NCBI GenBank assembly: GCA_963797095.1 | Contig: CAWCNY010000005.1 | Span: 32,001-96,000 of the forward strand | Source: an uncultured Chloroflexia bacterium | Lineage (GTDB): Bacteria; Chloroflexota; Chloroflexia; QHBQ01; JADMIH01 | Reading direction: 5' to 3' | Length of the DNA stretch: 64,000 nt | Part shown: positions 1 through 10,004 of the stretch, in pieces | How positions within the stretch are numbered: the stretch's first letter is position 1 | Layout of the letters: every line of letters starts with the position of its first letter | Position numbers and translations under genes: made by a program | Notes under the pieces: generated by a model | Told to the model about the DNA's origin: nothing | What the model saw: only the letters and a program-made list of their open reading frames with translations | Database searches by the model: none

Positions 1-52
1 CCCGCTTCGCCCGATGTCCGTCTTCTGCCCCAATTGCGGCTACAAGCTCTAG
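1..52 (+). CDS. 3' end of an upstream gene with a C-terminal zinc-ribbon motif (partial)
   Basis: Frame 2 reads PLRPMSVFCPNCGYKL* (TAG at 50-52), with a CPNCG knuckle; cut by the window edge. Confidence 0.6.
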   Translation, partial: PLRPMSVFCPNCGYKL

Positions 53-60
53 CGCCACCT

Positions 61-801
61 ATGGACCTGAAACCTGAGCCAATCCAGGTCGAGGAGCAGC
101 CCCCCGCCCTTTCCCGCCACGTATTCTTTCCAGGGCGCGCCCTCGGCGACGAGCCTGCGCCCATGCTTGAGGGCAGAATTCACGTTCCTCTCGATGGAGA
201 GTTGCATCCTGGGGTTGTGCTGTGCCACGCTAACCCATCGGCGGGCGGTAACATGGAAATGAAGGTAATGGCGGCCCTGGAACATGCCTTGGCCGCATCG
301 GGATTCGCAACCCTGCGTTACAATTCGCGAGGCGTAGGGCAGAGCCGTGGTAAGGTGTCGAAGACCGCCGACCGCAAACTGGTAGCACCTGAGGGCGCAC
401 CCGAAACCGAGGACGTTGGTGCGGCGCTTGACTTCCTGGGAGTGCAAACAGGCGTCGATGGCGACCGGCTCGCCCTGGTCGGCCATTCGTTCGGTAGCCG
501 CATTTCGCTGGCCTATCTTGCATCGCACACCCTGGAGGTACGCGTCGAGGCAGTCGCGTGCATCGGGCTTCCGGTGGCCTGGCGCAATCTCGATCACCTG
601 GGGCAGTGGCCCCATCCCAAGCTCTTTATTACCGGCGAGCGAGATGACTTCAGTCCTCCGGCGCGGCTCCGCGAATTCGTTGAGACCCTGCCTGAGCCTA
701 AAACGGTTATGACATTGAAAGACACAGGCCACTTTTTCGAGGGGCGTGAGCGCGACCTGGCGAATCTGGTGGCCGGATTTCTGACGAGAGTGAGGAAGTG
801 A
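61..801 (+). CDS. Alpha/beta-fold hydrolase
   Basis: HANPSAGGNM motif, nucleophile elbow GHSFG, GERDDF, C-terminal GHFF; ATG at 61 follows the upstream stop. Confidence 0.88.
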   Translation: MDLKPEPIQVEEQPPALSRHVFFPGRALGDEPAPMLEGRIHVPLDGELHPGVVLCHANPSAGGNMEMKVMAALEHALAASGFATLRYNSRGVGQSRGKVSKTADRKLVAPEGAPETEDVGAALDFLGVQTGVDGDRLALVGHSFGSRISLAYLASHTLEVRVEAVACIGLPVAWRNLDHLGQWPHPKLFITGERDDFSPPARLREFVETLPEPKTVMTLKDTGHFFEGRERDLANLVAGFLTRVRK

Positions 802-804
802 AAA

Positions 805-1137
805 GTGCTTACTGCTGAAGAAGTGCGCCATGTAGCGATGCTGGCGCGGCTTGGATTGACCGACGACGAAGTTGAGACAATGCGCGAGCAACTGGTTCAG
901 GTGCTCGACTACATCGCCATTCTCGACAAACTTGACACATCACAAATACCACCCACCGCTCAGATACTGTCGCATCTGAACGTAGCGCGGTCCGACAAGG
1001 CGCGCCCTGCCTGGCCCACTGATGCTCTACTCGCCAACGCGCCGTCAAGCGAAGGTGACTTCATCCGCGTACCTGCCGTGCTCGAAGAGTTCAAGGCCAA
1101 AGCCGAAGGTGCGGAAAGCGAGGGTGAAGATGCCTGA
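805..1137 (+). CDS. gatC: Asp/Glu-tRNA amidotransferase subunit C
   Basis: EEVRHVAMLARL...LLANAP...FIRVPAVL; directly upstream of gatA. Confidence 0.95.
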   Translation: MLTAEEVRHVAMLARLGLTDDEVETMREQLVQVLDYIAILDKLDTSQIPPTAQILSHLNVARSDKARPAWPTDALLANAPSSEGDFIRVPAVLEEFKAKAEGAESEGEDA

Positions 1138-2624
1138 GATTGATACTTTCATGACCATTGCCGAAGCCCGCCAATTGCTCGAACTCAGGCGATTTATCAT
1201 CCGAGGAACTAACCCACGCCCACCTGGAGCGTATCACCCGTGCCGACGGCGATATATCGGCATTCACCACCATCAGCGAAGAGCGTGCTCTCGAAGCGGC
1301 GCGCGACTTCGACCGCAGGCACGCCGCCGGAGAGGGCAGCCGCTCCACGCTCGATGGCATCCCGATGAGCCTCAAGGACGTGCTGATAACCGAAGGTGTC
1401 CGCACAACTTGCGGCTCCCGCCAGCTTTACAATTTCGTGCCCCCGTTTAGCGGCACTGTGCCCAGGAAGCTGGCTCAAGCAGGGGCGGTCCTCCTTGGCA
1501 AAACCAATTGCGACGAGTTCGCCATGGGTTCTTCCACCGAAAACTCAGCGTGGGGTCCGTCGCACAATCCGTGGGACACCGAGCGCGTGCCTGGAGGCTC
1601 CAGCGGCGGCTCCGCTGCTGCGGTGGCCGCTGGTATGGGCGCTTATTCGCTCGGCACCGACACCGGTGGCAGCGTGCGCCAACCTGCTTCCCTCACTGGC
1701 GTGACGGGTCTCAAGCCCACCTATGGCCGTGTGTCCCGCTTTGGTCTTGTGGCCTTCGCCTCCTCGCTCGATCAGATCGGGCCGTTCACACACACGGCCT
1801 ACGATGCCGCCCTCGTAATGGAGGTAGTCGCTGGTCACGATCCCAACAACTCAACCTCACAGCCCGTACCGGTCCTCCGCTACACCGAATCCCTGGATGC
1901 CAATGGAGCCTCACTCGAAGGGCTTCGCATCGGCATCCCGGCGGAGTTCTGGGGTGAAGGGTTGCAGCAAGGAGTCAGCGAAACCGTGAGGGCGGCAATC
2001 CATCAGCTTCGTAGATTGGGGGCGGAATTACGCGAAGTGAGCCTTCCCAACACTCCTTATGCACTCGCGACCTACTACATCATCGCGCCGGCCGAGGCCA
2101 GTTCCAACCTCGCCCGCTATGATGGTATGAAATATGGGTACCGCGACCCCGGTCAGGTTGGCTCGGTAGAATCTATGCTTGCCACGCGTGACTACGCTTT
2201 CGGCCCGGAAGTAAAACGCAGGATCATGTTGGGTACCTATGCCTTGAGCGCAGGCTACTACGATGCCTATTACAAGAAAGCGCAGCAGGTGCGCACCCTG
2301 ATCGCCCGCGACTACACTCAGACTTTTGAGCAAGTGGATGTACTCGTTGGCCCAACCACCCCTACGGTAGCGTTCCGCATAGGAGACAAGGTTGACGATC
2401 CCCTGGCCATGTACCTCAACGATGTGTACACCGTCCCGGCCAACCTCGCCGGAATCCCCGGTCTCTCCGTCCCCTGCGGCTTCGTTGATGGCCTGCCGGT
2501 AGGCCTCCAAATTCTCGGCAAACACTTCGACGAAGCTACGATATTGCGCGTCGCGCATGCATACCAGACCGCCACCGGCTGGCACTTGCAAAGACCGGGC
2601 GAAGCAGCAAAACAAACCACTTAA
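1130..2624 (+). CDS. gatA: Asp/Glu-tRNA amidotransferase subunit A, with an apparent single-base frameshift near 1180-1186
   Basis: Amidase signature [36 protein letters not shown]. The natural N-terminus [17 protein letters not shown] (ATG 1130, overlapping the gatC end) is in a different frame from [10 protein letters not shown]. Confidence 0.93.
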
Positions 2625-2769
2625 AACTCACGACCCCAATTCATCCCAAAGATGAAGCCTATCGTACCAAGTACCGCCGCTCTACCAGTTACGTTCCACC
2701 AATGATCACCTCGGACGCCCGAGCTACGACGATTAAGCTATTGCCTTGTTGAGCACCCCGGTACGGTGA

Positions 2770-2995
2770 GCAAGGAGAATTACGAGTGGCTACTATTTCA
2801 ACTGACTCAGCGATCTCAGCGGTCCCGTCGGTGCACAGGGAAGGAATTGTCGAGAACTTCTCTGCCTTCGACTTTGAACTCAGCCCCGACGATATGGCAG
2901 CGATCGCCACGCCGGACACCGGGGCTAGCCTCCTCATCGACCACCGCGACCCACAAGTCGCGAAGTGGATGGGTGGAGCGAAACTCAACGCCTAG
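2770..2995 (+). pseudogene. C-terminal remnant of an aldo/keto reductase (2,5-DKG reductase-like)
   Basis: PSVHREGIVENFSAFDFELSPDDMAAIA..DTG resembles the AKR C-terminus; the N-terminal barrel is missing. Confidence 0.7.
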
Positions 2996-3078
2996 TACCC
3001 TGAACCCGAGACACCTGGCTTCCCGCTCGTTCGGAGTTGCGGACGTGCTTGAAGAGTTTTCGACAAGGAGATCACGTT

Positions 3079-3435
3079 ATGACCGATGCGACTAATGCAC
3101 CCACTTCAGACCAGAAGCCCGCTCAACGCAATCCATATAGTGGCATAGCCCCTGCACTGGGTGACTACACCGATAACGTGCTGTTCGGAGATGTATGGGA
3201 ACGCCCGGGCCTATCTAAGCGCGACCGCAGCCTGATCACTGTGGCGACACTGGTCGCAGGTTACCGCACCAACGAGCTTCCGTTCCACCTGAAGAGAGCA
3301 CTCGAAAACGGTGTCACACGCGAGGAACTGGTCGAATTGATCACGCATCTCGCCTTCTATGCAGGCTGGCCGGCAGCAAGCACGGCGGTGGCAATCGCAC
3401 GGCGCGTCTTCGAAGAAAATGGAAATGGCGCCTGA
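3079..3435 (+). CDS. Carboxymuconolactone decarboxylase (CMD/AhpD-like) family protein
   Basis: VLFGDVWERPGLSKRDRSLITVA...HLAFYAGWP; AAGGAG RBS before ATG 3079. Confidence 0.92.
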   Translation: MTDATNAPTSDQKPAQRNPYSGIAPALGDYTDNVLFGDVWERPGLSKRDRSLITVATLVAGYRTNELPFHLKRALENGVTREELVELITHLAFYAGWPAASTAVAIARRVFEENGNGA

Positions 3436-3504
3436 TCACCAAACGGAAAGGCACCGGGTGAACCCGGCCTTTTTATGGCCGCTACTAATTTAGGGAGGAA
3501 GCAA

Positions 3505-3899
3505 ATGAGCATTTCCCATGAACACGCGCAAGACTTGCCCGCCCAGCAAGGTAGCGCCGGCAACTTCATCGGCGACGTCCAGGTCCACATGGTAGCGGCG
3601 AGCCCAGACGTTCAAGCGGGTGTGGGCCGGGTCACCTTCGCAAGCCGGGGCGTACGCTTTGGCACACGCACTTCGGCGAGCAGACCCTCTACTTCCTGGA
3701 AGGTCTGGGCCGGGTGCAGCAGCGAGGTGAACAGCCTGTGGATGCCGCGCCCGGAGATATAGCCCGCATACCCGTGGGAGTTGAGCATTGGCACGGTGCG
3801 CACCCCGACGAGCAGCACGCAATGACACACCTGTCGATCACCTTCGGCATTACTAGCCGGCTCGAACGGGTGAGCGATGAAGACTATCACGACAATTAA
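3505..3899 (+). pseudogene. Cupin domain protein, frameshifted near 3640-3655
   Basis: GGGAGG RBS; first frame ...VGRVTFA, second frame WHTHFGEQTLYFLEGLGRVQQRG...PGD.ARIPVGVEHWHGA (cupin motifs 1 and 2). Confidence 0.8.
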
Positions 3900-4748
3900 C
3901 TGGGGCGTGGTCATAATTCAGAATCGGGCTTTTGTCGCACGCCTGGAGATATGCCACATGCCCGCCCAATGCAGCCGAAATGGTTCCCTAAACGACGAGG
4001 CTCCTGAGGACCATTGGGGAACCGCTTGAGTTAGCAGTTCGGGCTCTTTGCGTCGCCATTCCTCACCGGCGGTTTCAAGAGAGGTCCTGCCCCTGACATG
4101 CTGGCAAGGTTCGACTTCGCCCCACACCTACTCAAGTCGAGTTTCCCAACGGCCGTTCATGTCCCTTCCGGGCAGACCATCGTAGCGTGAAACGGGTTGC
4201 CCCTGGCCTGGCAGGTCCTTTCAAAGCACCGTTCCTGATTCTGGCGGACAACGAGATCTTAACACCTTTTGCACTACCGCTACTGTAGTCACGACCATTG
4301 TACTGAATACCAGTACCGGCGGCCCGAGTACAGGCGGAGCTTGATCGCCTCTTAGCGGTCGCATCGGCCAAGAGCAACAAGCGATACCGAAACCCAAGTG
4401 ATATAATGTCTAGCGGCAACCCCCACGGGGTAGCCAGGCAGGTAAGCGGGCAGGCGGTACACGTCTGGCTCATTGATTCGCTTCAAGGAATTTGCTTGCT
4501 TGTGATGACTCCGCATGGCGTAAACGCCAGCAGCTTCTACGGTTTTGCACCGATGCATACTCATCCATATGCCATTAAGGTTGCACTATAGGAGACACCT
4601 AAGATGCTTTTACGCTGCACAAGGGTTTCGTGCAACAACCCGCTAACATCTTGCATTATCAAAGTGCGGACTACTACCCGAAGGCAATAGTGGCGTGTAG
4701 CATTGGTTAGCTTCCACGTTACTTCAATTATACGACAAAGGAGAGACT

Positions 4749-4814
4749 ATGAGCAACCTTTTATCAGCCGAACCACAGCCCATAAATGGGCATGGCTTTC
4801 AAGGTTTTCTGTAA
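4749..4814 (+). CDS. Putative 21-aa small ORF (MSNLLSAEPQPINGHGFQGFL)
   Basis: AAAGGAGAG RBS shortly before the ATG; TAA ends 20 nt before the cyclase-STAND gene. Confidence 0.4.
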   Translation: MSNLLSAEPQPINGHGFQGFL

Positions 4815-4834
4815 GGGTCCTAAGGGGGTAGCGT

Positions 4835-7513
4835 ATGCCCTCCCTCTCCTTGCCAACTGGCACCGTTACTTTCCTCTTCACCGACATAGAGGGGAGTACC
4901 ACGTTGTGGGAGCGATTTCCGGAGGAAACGCACCTTGCCCTCGTCAGGCATGACACCCTGGTCGAGGATGCTGTCACCGAGCATGGGGGCGTACTGGTGA
5001 GACCCCGTGGGGAGGGTGATAGCCGCTTTGCGGTGTTTCCACTTGCTACCGACGCTGTGGCGGGAGCAATCGCCATACAGAAGGCTCTCGCTGCTGAGCC
5101 CTGGCAAACCCCGACCCCCCTCCGGGTGCGAATAGCCCTTCACACGGGCGATGCCGATCTTAGAGCCGGCGACTACTACGGCTCCGCGGTCAACCGCTGT
5201 GCGCGACTGCGATCCGCTGCGCACGGAGGGCAAACGCTCATCTCGAGGGCAACATACTCCCTCGTGCGCGACTATCCTCTCTCGGGCCTGGAATTACGCG
5301 ACCTGGGAGAGCACCGTCTCAAAGACTTGGTGCAACCCGAGCACATCTACCAGGTAATCAGCCCTGACCTTCGTGCCGACTTCCCGCCCCTGACCACACT
5401 AGATGCTCGTCCCAGTAATCTTCCTCTGATGCGCAGCCCACTGATCGGACGCGAAAAGGAACTGGCTGCCGTGCGTGACTTGCTCATGCAAGACGCCGTT
5501 GCTCTGCTCACCCTCACCGGCCCGGGCGGCACGGGCAAAACTAGCCTTGCGCTGCAGGCAGCCGCCGAGGTGATTGACTACTTCCAGGACGGGGCCTGCT
5601 TCGTCTCGCTCGCCTCAGTCACCGACCCGAACCTGGTGACTATGCAGATGGCCGAGGTGCTAGGCGTGGCAGAAACCGTCACCCAGCCGCTCCTGCAGAG
5701 CCTCATTGATCATCTACGCGAAAAACGGTTGCTGCTGGTGTTAGACAACTTCGAGCAGGTGGTAGAGGCCGCGCCCGCGCTCGCGCAACTGCTTTCATAC
5801 GCACGCCACCTCAAACTCCTCGTCACGAGCCGGGCGTTGCTCCGTTTGAGCGTCGAGCACGACTTTCCGGTACCTCCGCTGGCCTCGCCGGACCCCAGAC
5901 GCCTTCCCCCACTCGCTCAGCTTGCCGAATACGATGCCATCCGCCTGTTCGTCGAGCGCGCCATGGCTGCCAGCAGTAGCTTCGAGCTAGCCGAAGCGAA
6001 CGCTTCCGCTGTAGCGGAAATCTGCGCTCGGCTCGATGGGCTGCCGCTCGCTATCGAGCTGGCAGCAGCGCGAGTGGTCATCCTGCCGCCAGGGGCGATG
6101 CTAAAGCGATTGGAAAGCCGGTTGCGGGTGCTCACGGGAGGGGCTAGGGATCTGCCTGCTCGTCAACAGACCCTGCGGAGTACGATTGAGTGGAGCCACG
6201 ATCTGCTCAATGAAGGAGAGCAACGCCTCTTCCGAAGGCTGGCTGTCTTCTCGGGCGGGCGAACGCTCGAGGCGATCGAAGTCATCTGCGGGCCGGAGAC
6301 CGGCGCTGGCGCTCATTCCGATGCGGGCGATGTCGATGTGTTGGAAGGCGTGGCATCGCTGGTGGACAAGAGCCTGCTCAATCGGGAGGAACGGATCGAG
6401 GGTGGGGAGCCGCGCTTTGTCATGCTCGAAACGATCCACGAATACGCCCGCGAGCGTCTTGAAGAGAGCGGCGAGTTGCAGGAGATCAGCGAGCGTCATG
6501 CGCGCTACTTCCTGGACCTCGTGGAAAAAGCCGAACCCGAGTTGAACGGCGACGAGCAGTCGGTCTGGCTCGGGCGCCTGGAAGAAGAATACGATAACAT
6601 ACGAGCCGCACTGAGTTGGGCTCCCCACCATGCGCCTGAGCTGGGTTTGCGCCTGGCCGGGGCGTTGTGGCTATACTGGGAGATCCGGGGCTACCTGAGT
6701 GAAACCAGGCACCTATTAGCCGACCTGCTTGCTCAGCCTGAGACGCTGGCGCATACTGCCGAGCGGGCAAAAGCTCTTCAAAGTGCCGGCAATCTGGCCG
6801 ACACCCAGGGTGACTATGACGCCGCTCGCGCCTACTATAACGAAAGCCTGGTGATCTACCGGGAGCTTGGGGATACGCTTAGCGCTGCAAGGCCGCTCAA
6901 TGGGCTGGGGTTGGTATCGTGGGGTCAGGGCGATTTGGCTACCGCGCGATCCTTCCTTGAGGAAAGTCTGGCGATCAAGCGCGAGCTTGGAACTCCATCT
7001 TCAATCTCGATCACCCTCAATAACCTCGGCCTGGTAGCCCTTGCACAGGGTGACTCTGCTACCGCCCGTGCCTACCTTGAGGAGTCTCTCGCCATCGATC
7101 GGGAACTTGGGGACAAGGATGCTGTCGCCACCTCTCAGGTAAATCTAAGCGCGGTGGTGCTCGATTCCGGCAACTACGAGGAAGCGCGCCCGCTTCTCAT
7201 GGAAGGTCTAGCGCGTTTCAGCGAAGTGGGCGACATCCGGGGCGTAATTGATGCCCTCGAAAATCTAGCGGGCCTGGCGAGCCGAACTGGCGGTTTTGAA
7301 AGAGCGGCCTGGCTGGGCGGGGCAGCCGAAGGCTTGCGGGAAGAGATAGGCGTCTCAATGTCGAGCCCGGAAAGAGAGCGCCAGGAAACGCTCCTGGCTC
7401 TGGCCCGTGCGCAGGTTGACCCAGCTACTTGGGCCGAGCAATGGGCGATGGGGAAGGGAGTGACCAATGATCTGGATCGGGTCATCGCTTACGCAAAGGA
7501 CGAAGTCCGGTAG
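4835..7513 (+). CDS. Class III nucleotide cyclase + STAND/NB-ARC ATPase + TPR protein
   Basis: [28 protein letters not shown] (cyclase); Walker [31 protein letters not shown] (STAND); C-terminal TPRs. Confidence 0.95.
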   Translation: MPSLSLPTGTVTFLFTDIEGSTTLWERFPEETHLALVRHDTLVEDAVTEHGGVLVRPRGEGDSRFAVFPLATDAVAGAIAIQKALAAEPWQTPTPLRVRIALHTGDADLRAGDYYGSAVNRCARLRSAAHGGQTLISRATYSLVRDYPLSGLELRDLGEHRLKDLVQPEHIYQVISPDLRADFPPLTTLDARPSNLPLMRSPLIGREKELAAVRDLLMQDAVALLTLTGPGGTGKTSLALQAAAEVIDYFQDGACFVSLASVTDPNLVTMQMAEVLGVAETVTQPLLQSLIDHLREKRLLLVLDNFEQVVEAAPALAQLLSYARHLKLLVTSRALLRLSVEHDFPVPPLASPDPRRLPPLAQLAEYDAIRLFVERAMAASSSFELAEANASAVAEICARLDGLPLAIELAAARVVILPPGAMLKRLESRLRVLTGGARDLPARQQTLRSTIEWSHDLLNEGEQRLFRRLAVFSGGRTLEAIEVICGPETGAGAHSDAGDVDVLEGVASLVDKSLLNREERIEGGEPRFVMLETIHEYARERLEESGELQEISERHARYFLDLVEKAEPELNGDEQSVWLGRLEEEYDNIRAALSWAPHHAPELGLRLAGALWLYWEIRGYLSETRHLLADLLAQPETLAHTAERAKALQSAGNLADTQGDYDAARAYYNESLVIYRELGDTLSAARPLNGLGLVSWGQGDLATARSFLEESLAIKRELGTPSSISITLNNLGLVALAQGDSATARAYLEESLAIDRELGDKDAVATSQVNLSAVVLDSGNYEEARPLLMEGLARFSEVGDIRGVIDALENLAGLASRTGGFERAAWLGGAAEGLREEIGVSMSSPERERQETLLALARAQVDPATWAEQWAMGKGVTNDLDRVIAYAKDEVR

Positions 7514-7557
7514 GCGGCAACGGCAAATAGCGTTGCGACACTATAGCTTAGGATCGA

Positions 7558-7884
7558 ATGCATTCTGAATTTGTAGGCCGCCACCGAGAACTGTCGCTGC
7601 TTTTGGCGCAATATGCTGAAGCAGCGCAAGGACGCGTGCGCTTCGCTATGCTGTCCGGTGATCCTGGCATTGGCAAGACGAGGTTGCTGGACGAGTTCGT
7701 AGCGCGGATCCCAGGCGAGAGTTCGCTCGTGCTTCGGGGCGGCGCTTCGGAAGCGGAAGGTATGCCGCCCTATCTCCCGTTTCTGGAAATGCTGGATCGA
7801 TACATTAAATCGGTGCCGGCGGAGCTACTGCGCGAACAGGTGGGCATCTCGGCTTCCGTCTTAGGTACTATACTGCCGCAGCTA
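7558..7884 (+). pseudogene. AAA_16/STAND ATPase N-terminus truncated by an IS
   Basis: FVGRHREL, GDPGIGKTRL, PPYLPFLE; the reading runs into the ISAzo13 left end. Confidence 0.85.
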
Positions 7885-9175
7885 AGGAGCCTTCCGAGAA
7901 TTAGCTGACATAGAGAGGGAGATATGCGAAGATAGAGAGTATGGAAAAGCTCTCGACCGAACAAGAATACCAACAGCTTCGGACACTGCTAAATGAGAAG
8001 CAATGGAGACAGTACCTGGCAGCCGAGGCTCAACGCAGAGGAAGCACCAGCACAGTAGCTCGGGAGGCAGGGGTATCCCTCAACACGGTCAAGCGGGGTC
8101 TGAAAGAACGGGAGGCAGGGGACAACTATCAACCAGGAGAACGCATCCGCAAGCCTGGTGGGGGCATGAAAAAGCTTGCACAGACCGATCCCACCCTGCT
8201 CCCCGATCTGGAGAGGGAATTGGAACCCAAGGGTGACCCGATGAGCCTTGTACGATGGACCACCAAATCGTTGGCACACCTGGTGCAAGCCCTTGAAGGC
8301 AAAGGGCATCACATCAAGAAGTCAGCACTGGCCGAATTGCTGCACGAGCAGAGATTTTCTCTGCGCGTCAACAAGAAGAATATCGAAGGCCAATCGCACC
8401 CTGACCGGGATGAGCAATTTACTCACATCAACGCTCGGTGCAAAGAGTTTGAACACAAAGGCGCTCCTATCATCTCCGTTGACTGCAAGAAGAAGGAGTT
8501 GATAGGCCAGTTCAGGAACAACGGACGGGAATGGCAGGCTCAAGGGGAAGAGAGGGTGGTATCGGTGTATGACTTTGTTTCCCTGGCCGATGGCAAGGCC
8601 ATCCCCTACGGGATATATGACCTGGTGCATAACGTGGGGTTTGTGAACGTGGGGTTTGTGAATGTGGGTATTGACCATGATACGGCTGAGTTTGCGGTGG
8701 AGAGTATCCGCAGGTGGTGGCAGAAGTGGGGCAAAACCCTCTATCCAGGCAAAAAGGAACTGCTGATCACCGCTGATGGAGGAGGCTCCAATGGGGTGAG
8801 AAACCGCCTGTGGAAGCAAAAGCTACAGGCACTGGCCAATGAAGAACAACTGGCCATCACGGTGGCGCATTATCCCCCTGCTACCAGCAAATGGAACAAG
8901 ATAGAGCATCGAGTGTTTTCGTACATATCAATAAATTGGCGGGCCACCCCGCTCACGTCTATGGAAGTGGTGTTGGAACTGATCTCGCATACTACCACCC
9001 AAGAGGGGTTAGTGGTGAGGGCGCTCAAGGACAGCCATGCATATCCGACAGGGATCAAGGTCACTGATGAGCAAGTGGCTGCCCTCAATCTGTTCAAAGA
9101 TGCCTTCCACGGGGAATGGAACTACACTATCAAGCCTCAGCTACTTTGATCACCTTATCTGCGGAAGGCTCCTTA
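7883..9175 (+). mobile_element. ISAzo13-family insertion sequence
   Basis: Terminal inverted repeats (C)TAAGGAGCCTTCCG ... CGGAAGGCTCCTTA(G), with TA at both junctions, enclosing the transposase. Confidence 0.92.
7941..9149 (+). CDS. ISAzo13-family transposase
   Basis: GDPMSLVRWTTKS, ISVDCKKKELIG, ITADGGGSNG, SKWNKIEHR, FHGEWNY. Confidence 0.95.
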   Translation: MEKLSTEQEYQQLRTLLNEKQWRQYLAAEAQRRGSTSTVAREAGVSLNTVKRGLKEREAGDNYQPGERIRKPGGGMKKLAQTDPTLLPDLERELEPKGDPMSLVRWTTKSLAHLVQALEGKGHHIKKSALAELLHEQRFSLRVNKKNIEGQSHPDRDEQFTHINARCKEFEHKGAPIISVDCKKKELIGQFRNNGREWQAQGEERVVSVYDFVSLADGKAIPYGIYDLVHNVGFVNVGFVNVGIDHDTAEFAVESIRRWWQKWGKTLYPGKKELLITADGGGSNGVRNRLWKQKLQALANEEQLAITVAHYPPATSKWNKIEHRVFSYISINWRATPLTSMEVVLELISHTTTQEGLVVRALKDSHAYPTGIKVTDEQVAALNLFKDAFHGEWNYTIKPQLL

Positions 9176-9396
9176 GTGGCGCCATCTGGTTAGGATTATT
9201 GGCCCACGGCCATACGGCCAACAGCCAATGCAGCCCCCAGTATACTGGCTCTGTCTAGCCCTCAGTCACTGCTTGCCCCCGATTTTGAATTGCCTCAAAA
9301 AGGTTGCACGGAACGTGGAAAAGAACAGACACGTTCCGTGCAGCCTCTATAATGTGTAAGCATCTCACGCCCAGCATCGTGTTTGCACCTACCTCC

Positions 9397-9840
9397 ATGA
9401 GTGCCGCCATCAAAACCAACCGCACACGAAAGCTGTCCGTATCAGCGCCCGCCCTCTGGCTTGTGCTGGGGCTGGCCGCAGCCTTCTTCATGGTAAGATA
9501 CGGGCAGGAAGTCCTGATGGAGCACGACTTGAACGCGCAGGTCCTGGTCCAGGAGCGGCAGAACAAGCAAATGGATGACGAGAACCATCGCCTCCAGGCC
9601 GCCCTGGAATATTACCAATCGGACAAATACATAGAACAGCGCGCCCGCGAAGATCTCAACCTGCGCAGGCCCGACGAAGAGGTGCTCATCCCAGTAGGCG
9701 ATACCGTCGGTCAAACCCAACCCGACTCTCAACAAGGGTCCGCCACCGCCGAAAACAACACGCAGCAAAGTAGCCCGACAGACAACTCCCCCAACTGGGA
9801 AAGATGGTTCGAGCTATTCAGTCCATTTGAGCAACCCTAG
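9397..9840 (+). CDS. Septum formation initiator (FtsB/DivIC family)
   Basis: One TM helix, a coiled coil, then YIEQRAREDLNLRRPDE; start codon uncertain. Confidence 0.85.
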   Translation: MSAAIKTNRTRKLSVSAPALWLVLGLAAAFFMVRYGQEVLMEHDLNAQVLVQERQNKQMDDENHRLQAALEYYQSDKYIEQRAREDLNLRRPDEEVLIPVGDTVGQTQPDSQQGSATAENNTQQSSPTDNSPNWERWFELFSPFEQP

Positions 9841-9968
9841 ATTGCAGCCGCTCGGCGAACTCACTTTCTGATATTTAACACCTAGCCAGGTCTGCCCCAC
9901 CCGGCCACAACGGTTCTTCTCAGGATTGTCCCGGCGCGGTGAGTGACGAGAACTGAAGAGACGAGAAT

Positions 9969-9997
9969 GTAGGGGAGGGTTTGAAACCCTCCCCTAC
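9969..9997. repeat. GTAG-type REP-like palindrome
   Basis: GTAGGGGAGGGTTT-G-AAACCCTCCCCTAC between convergent genes. Confidence 0.75.
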
Positions 9998-10004
9998 CCA
10001 AACG

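Noticed and set aside
9302-9346. LexA box in the hairpin upstream of the ftsB-like gene
   Set aside because: GAAC and GTTC are 6 nt apart rather than 4; it is better described as a simple inverted repeat.
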